A DNA stretch of 10,466 bases from a virus: IMG/VR virus record IMGVR_UViG_3300005614_000040, positions 64,001 to 74,466 of that record. The stretch is one strand, 5' to 3'. A program made the translations under genes and the position numbers. Shown here piece by piece: positions 8,191 to 10,466 of the stretch. How positions within the stretch are numbered: position 1 is the first letter of the stretch; each line of letters starts with the position of its first letter. The notes under the pieces were generated by a model that ran no database searches, had not been told where the DNA came from, and saw only the letters and a list, made by a program, of their open reading frames with translations.

Positions 8191-8206
8191 GAAATTGTCC
8201 AGAAAA

Positions 8207-8282
8207 TGGACTCGGCGGCGGGAATCCAACCCGCAACTACTCGGTTAGGAACCGAGGACCCATGCTTTTAGGTGACGCCGAG
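8207..8282 (-). tRNA. tRNA-Arg (anticodon CCU, decodes AGG).
   Basis: Hand fold, 76 nt. Acceptor CTCGGCG/CGCCGAG is a perfect 7 bp. D-stem ACCT/GGGT. Anticodon stem CTCGG/CCGAG with loop TTCCTAA. T-stem GCGGG/CCCGC. CCA is encoded. The D-loop has C19 and the T-loop has G56, a compensatory swap of the usual G19:C56 pair. Confidence 0.7.
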
Positions 8283-8283
8283 A

Positions 8284-8359
8284 TGGAGAACCCGCCCGGA
8301 TTCAAACCGGGATATCAACCTTCGGAGGGTTGTGCTCTATTCTTTTGAACTACGGGTTC
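8284..8359 (-). tRNA. tRNA-Arg (anticodon CCG, decodes CGG).
   Basis: Hand fold, 76 nt. Acceptor GAACCCG/CGGGTTC. Anticodon stem CAACC/GGTTG with loop CTCCGAA. T-stem CCCGG/CCGGG with loop TTTGAAT. CCA is encoded. An A19:U56 covariation is present. A 1-nt spacer separates it from the preceding tRNA. Confidence 0.7.
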
Positions 8360-8364
8360 GTAGG

Positions 8365-8439
8365 TGGGGCGCGGACGAGGATTCAAACCTCGGTTCAGGG
8401 CTTAGAAGGACCTGGCTTATTCCATTAGCTGATCCGCGC
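8365..8439 (-). tRNA. tRNA-Arg (anticodon UCU, decodes AGA). Probable.
   Basis: Hand fold, 75 nt. Acceptor GCGCGGA/TCCGCGC is perfect. T-arm CGAGG-TTTGAAT-CCTCG. D-loop has GG. Anticodon loop CTTCTAA. The anticodon stem has one U:C mismatch and the D-stem has 3 bp. Confidence 0.55.
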
Positions 8440-8605
8440 TTATTTCTTCGGAATGAATCCGCCGCGCGACGCGAAGTTAATGCTGAAAGGCCGGGTAACC
8501 TGGGTGGTACCGTTGTGGTACGTTACTTCGAGGGCCTTACCGCGTTCGAGTCTAGGAGTCATTATTTTGAATTGTACCACAGACAGAGAAATCTGTCAAG
8601 GAAAT

Positions 8606-8681
8606 TGGTGGGTCCGGAGGGAATCGAACCCTCATCACGTCGCTTAAAAGGCGGGTCTCTAGCCAGTTGAGTTACGAACCC
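8606..8681 (-). tRNA. tRNA-Lys (anticodon UUU) with an atypical, weak anticodon stem.
   Basis: Hand fold, 76 nt. Acceptor GGGTTCG/CGGACCC has one G:U. T-arm GAGGG-TTCGATT-CCCTC. D-loop has GG. Anticodon loop CTTTTAA with U33 and A37. The two outer base pairs of the anticodon stem are C:C and C:A mismatches. Confidence 0.55.
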
Positions 8682-8682
8682 T

Positions 8683-8759
8683 TGGTGCGCCGGGCTGGAT
8701 TTGAACCAGCATCATTCTCCTTAAGAGGGAGATATAATCAGCCGTTATACGACCGACGC
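8683..8759 (-). tRNA. tRNA-Lys (anticodon CUU).
   Basis: Hand fold, 77 nt. Acceptor GCGTCGG/CCGGCGC has one G:U. Anticodon stem TCTCC/GGAGA with loop CTCTTAA. T-arm GCTGG-TTCAAAT-CCAGC. CCA is encoded. Only 1 nt separates it from the preceding tRNA-Lys(UUU). Confidence 0.65.
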
Positions 8760-8761
8760 AA

Positions 8762-8855
8762 TGGTAGAGGAGGAGGGAATCGAACCCTTACTGGCATCGG
8801 TCATCTACCGACTACAGAGGCTATAAGGCTCCGCCGCGCGCCCGCGCTCTCCTCT
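8762..8855 (-). ncRNA. tRNA-like element (about 94 nt with CCA) with canonical 3' half but an aberrant 5' half and anticodon region. Possibly a degenerate long-variable-arm tRNA or a tRNA 3'-fragment.
   Basis: Textbook T-arm AAGGG-TTCGATT-CCCTC, acceptor 3' strand CTCCTCT, discriminator A and CCA. A perfectly complementary AGAGGAG lies 94 nt away, but both strands are low complexity. The intervening sequence is extremely GC-rich (CGCGGGCGCGCGGCGG). No anticodon loop with U33 carrying a Ser/Leu/Tyr anticodon could be drawn. The 5' 50 nt lie inside the 3' end of the GT2 coding sequence. Confidence 0.35.
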
Positions 8856-9479
8856 AAAAAATTCTTTCGGCAGACTATTCCTGTCCACCACAGGCCACCC
8901 TGTAGGTTTCTGGTTGGCGGAGTGGAGCACGCAAACCATATTATCACCTGCGGGTTTGGAAGTAAACCAAGGAAACGCCCGGTTCACAAAAATCAGGTCT
9001 TCGCCGTAGGAAACTTTTTCGTCGAACAGATGGCCGAGTGCCCACTGTCGGCGGTAAATCAGCGTTGCGCCCCACAAGCAACTACCCGAGTACCGCGACG
9101 CCTCGCCTGTGTTTTCGTTCCAAAAGTAACAGGAACCGTACCCACCCAGCTTCAATTCTTCCGCGCCCATCATTGCCACTTGATCGGCAAGGCGGTACGG
9201 AGAAGACCAATCGTCGGCATCAAAATGGCAGATAAACTCACCGCGCGCAACCCGAATACCTGCGTTTCGTTTTTCGGCAAGGTTCGCGGCTGGCTTGAAA
9301 ATGTAGGTGACACCTGGTACATCTTTGACCAGGTCGGCGATAGGTTCATCGCCGTCATCTACAACAATGAGTTCCTTGTTCGGCCAAGTCTGGGATAGGT
9401 AACACTCGATGGCGCGGACGACGCGACCTCGCATGTTGTGGTGACAAAGCAAAACCGACACCATCTCAGTTGTGGACAT
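8805..9479 (-). CDS. Glycosyltransferase family 2 (GT-A fold), 224 aa.
   Basis: The N-terminal beta1-alpha1 signature is VSVLLCHHNMRGRVVRAIECYLSQTWPNKELIVVDDGDEP, of the V-S-V-x-x-x-x-x-N ... E-I-I-V-V-D-D-G type. A downstream DXD-type motif FDADDW is present. The ATG at 9477-9479 overlaps the stop of the upstream GT by 14 nt. Confidence 0.75.
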   Translation of the reverse strand: MSTTEMVSVLLCHHNMRGRVVRAIECYLSQTWPNKELIVVDDGDEPIADLVKDVPGVTYIFKPAANLAEKRNAGIRVARGEFICHFDADDWSSPYRLADQVAMMGAEELKLGGYGSCYFWNENTGEASRYSGSCLWGATLIYRRQWALGHLFDEKVSYGEDLIFVNRAFPWFTSKPAGDNMVCVLHSANQKPTGWPVVDRNSLPKEFFRGERGRAAEPYSLCSR

Positions 9480-10077
9480 ACATCAAATCCCTGGCCACAC
9501 CCCACTTCAATTTCTTCGTCAAATCCTGCAGCGTTGTTCTGTCTACGCCGGAGCACGCGGGCACCAGGGGTTTGTTCAGCCAACCTTTGAACTTGGCGCG
9601 TTTCACTAAGAACGATGGCTTATATCCCGGAAAGCCGGGTTTGCCAAGCTGCAGGACTCGGTAGCCGTCAATTCCGCAGGTCTCAGGCCCGGTCAAGGTT
9701 GACTCACACAGCACCAGATCGAGATTATTCCTGACCGCCTCGGTCAACATTCTTTGTGTCCACTGCGGCGGATAGTAGCAGTCTTCGCAGGGAAAGCAAA
9801 CCCATTTACCTTTGGCCTGGTTAAGCCCGACTTCTGATGACCAGTAGCAGTCTGATACTTTGATCTTTCCGGCCGTTCGCAGATAGCGAAACCGCTTGTC
9901 CTTCAACTTCTCGACGATCCGCTTCTGCTGGTGCGCGACGGTTTTGTCTTCCGTGTTGTCGGTTACGATCACTTCGTAGTCTTCGTGGGTTTGACCCTTG
10001 ATTGACCACAAACACGCCGCCAGGAAATCTGGTCGATTGTAGAGCGAAACAACGTAGCTGACTTCGACCTGGGGCAT
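9466..10077 (-). CDS. Glycosyltransferase family 2-like (about 203 aa from MPQVEV).
   Basis: GT2 N-terminal signature EVSYVVSLYNRPDFLAACLWSIKGQTHEDYEVIVTDNTED. The ATG is at 10075-10077. The longer track ORF (to 10278) would run through the tRNA-Pro gene, so the internal start is preferred. Confidence 0.65.
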   Translation of the reverse strand: MPQVEVSYVVSLYNRPDFLAACLWSIKGQTHEDYEVIVTDNTEDKTVAHQQKRIVEKLKDKRFRYLRTAGKIKVSDCYWSSEVGLNQAKGKWVCFPCEDCYYPPQWTQRMLTEAVRNNLDLVLCESTLTGPETCGIDGYRVLQLGKPGFPGYKPSFLVKRAKFKGWLNKPLVPACSGVDRTTLQDLTKKLKWGVARDLMYVHN

Positions 10078-10234
10078 TTTTAATGGCACCGGACTGGCGA
10101 ATTGGACGCCACTCGGAGGTTTTGGAGACCTCTGTGATCCCAGATCGTCCGGCAAAAATGGAGCACCCGAGTGGAGTCTAACCACCGTCTCGATGTTCGT
10201 AGCATCGTGTCCTATACGTTGAACGACAGGCGCA

Positions 10235-10310
10235 TGGTCGGAAAGGTGAGATTCGAACTCACGTCGTCTCGCTCCCAAAGCGAGTGCCTAAGCCTCTAGG
10301 CTACTTTCCG
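10235..10310 (-). tRNA. tRNA-Pro (anticodon UGG).
   Basis: Fully canonical hand fold, 76 nt. Acceptor CGGAAAG/CTTTCCG. D-stem GCCT/AGGC with GG in the loop. Anticodon stem CTCGC/GCGAG with loop TTTGGGA. T-arm GTGAG-TTCGAAT-CTCAC. Discriminator A and CCA are encoded. Confidence 0.85.
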
Positions 10311-10315
10311 AAAAA

Positions 10316-10402
10316 TGGTCTAGGTAGCTGGATTTGAACCAGCGTAACCCCGAAGGGACACGTTCCCGAAACGTGTGGCAGACCGGACTTGCCGATACCT
10401 AG
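10316..10402 (-). tRNA. Type-II (long variable arm) tRNA, 87 nt, whose anticodon reads CGG by hand folding. This is a proline-codon anticodon on a Ser/Leu-type body.
   Basis: Acceptor CTAGGTA/TACCTAG is perfect. D-stem is 3 bp (GGC/GCC) with an 11-nt loop containing GG. Anticodon stem CACGT/ACGTG with loop TTCGGGA, so positions 34-36 are CGG. The variable arm is CCC-TTCG-GGG. T-arm GCTGG-TTCAAAT-CCAGC. Discriminator A and CCA. Confidence 0.55.
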
Positions 10403-10403
10403 A

Positions 10404-10466
10404 TGGTGCCAACTCAGGGAGTTCAACCCTGCTCTACTGTGCTTCAAACAGTCGTAGCGAGCGCGT
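10404..10466 (-). tRNA. tRNA-Phe (anticodon GAA), truncated by the window edge. The 3' 63 nt are visible.
   Basis: T-arm CAGGG-TTGAACT-CCCTG. Acceptor 3' strand AGTTGGC plus A and CCA. Anticodon stem ACTGT/ACAGT with loop TTGAAGC. It begins 1 nt after the preceding tRNA. Confidence 0.5.

Noticed and set aside
8200-8860. Possibility that the repeated GGATTCAAACC / GGATTTGAACC / GGAATCGAACC motifs form a CRISPR-like or direct-repeat array.
   Set aside because: These are the reverse complements of tRNA T-arms. The spacing is irregular and each copy sits in a complete cloverleaf, so the repeats are explained by the tRNA genes.
8272-9398. Plus-strand ORFs 8272..8670, 8453..8647 and 8667..9398 (243 aa).
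   Set aside because: They run across the hand-folded tRNA genes and antisense to the GT2 gene. Their translations are Arg/Gly/Pro-rich low-complexity sequence typical of spurious frames.
72-9664. Numerous plus-strand ORFs in the track (for example 395..1024, 1313..1954, 3436..3936, 4354..4740, 4987..5478, 5142..5456, 6347..6718, 6715..7062, 7428..7832).
   Set aside because: Every one lies antisense to a longer, motif-bearing or RBS-supported minus-strand gene. They have no Shine-Dalgarno context and are the usual open antisense frames of GC-rich coding DNA.
10078-10278. N-terminal 67-aa extension of the second glycosyltransferase, as drawn in the ORF track (start at 10278).
   Set aside because: It would run through the canonical tRNA-Pro gene (10235-10310) on the same strand. 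The GT2 fold begins at the internal MPQVEVSYVV, so the start at 10077 is preferred.
1-10466. Search for integrase, transposase or IS termini and for a small terminase of canonical size.
   Set aside because: No ORF with the expected length and motif pattern was seen in this window. Absence here does not exclude their presence just outside it.

Overview
This window reads as a compact phage or prophage segment in which every convincing gene lies on the minus strand. The plus-strand ORFs in the track look like antisense artefacts of GC-rich DNA.

Reading in the direction of transcription (high to low coordinate), the window contains:
- the 3' part of a tRNA array: a partial tRNA-Phe, an odd long-variable-arm tRNA, and tRNA-Pro;
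- two tandem family-2 glycosyltransferases whose coding regions overlap by 14 nt;
- a second tRNA block: a tRNA-like element, Lys(CUU), Lys(UUU), Arg(UCU), Arg(CCG) and Arg(CCU);
- a 210-aa Ser/Thr/Gly-rich structural-looking protein that forms its own unit and is followed by a strong stem-loop terminator;
- a lysis-cassette-like run: a 74-aa 2-TM holin candidate, a 136-aa Ala-rich protein, a 239-aa membrane-anchored helical protein and a 58-aa TM protein;
- 106-aa and 98-aa proteins, then three tiny lysine-rich ORFs chained by overlapping stop/start codons into a GTG-initiated large terminase;
- a 115-aa protein, a 702-aa probable portal (GTG start) and a 114-aa protein.

Gene junctions are extremely tight (TAATG, ATGA and GTGA overlaps), and tRNA pairs are separated by single nucleotides.

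The most unusual items are:
- the dense tRNA array, with three Arg tRNAs for rare codons, two Lys tRNAs, a type-II tRNA that appears to carry a CGG (Pro-codon) anticodon, and a tRNA-like element overlapping a GT2 gene;
- the glycosyltransferase pair embedded between tRNA blocks next to a Ser/Thr-rich protein;
- the chain of unannotated micro-ORFs in front of terL where a small terminase would be expected.

All tRNA folds and protein-family calls were made by eye from the sequence, with no searches run. Coordinates of the small ORFs may be off by one or two bases.
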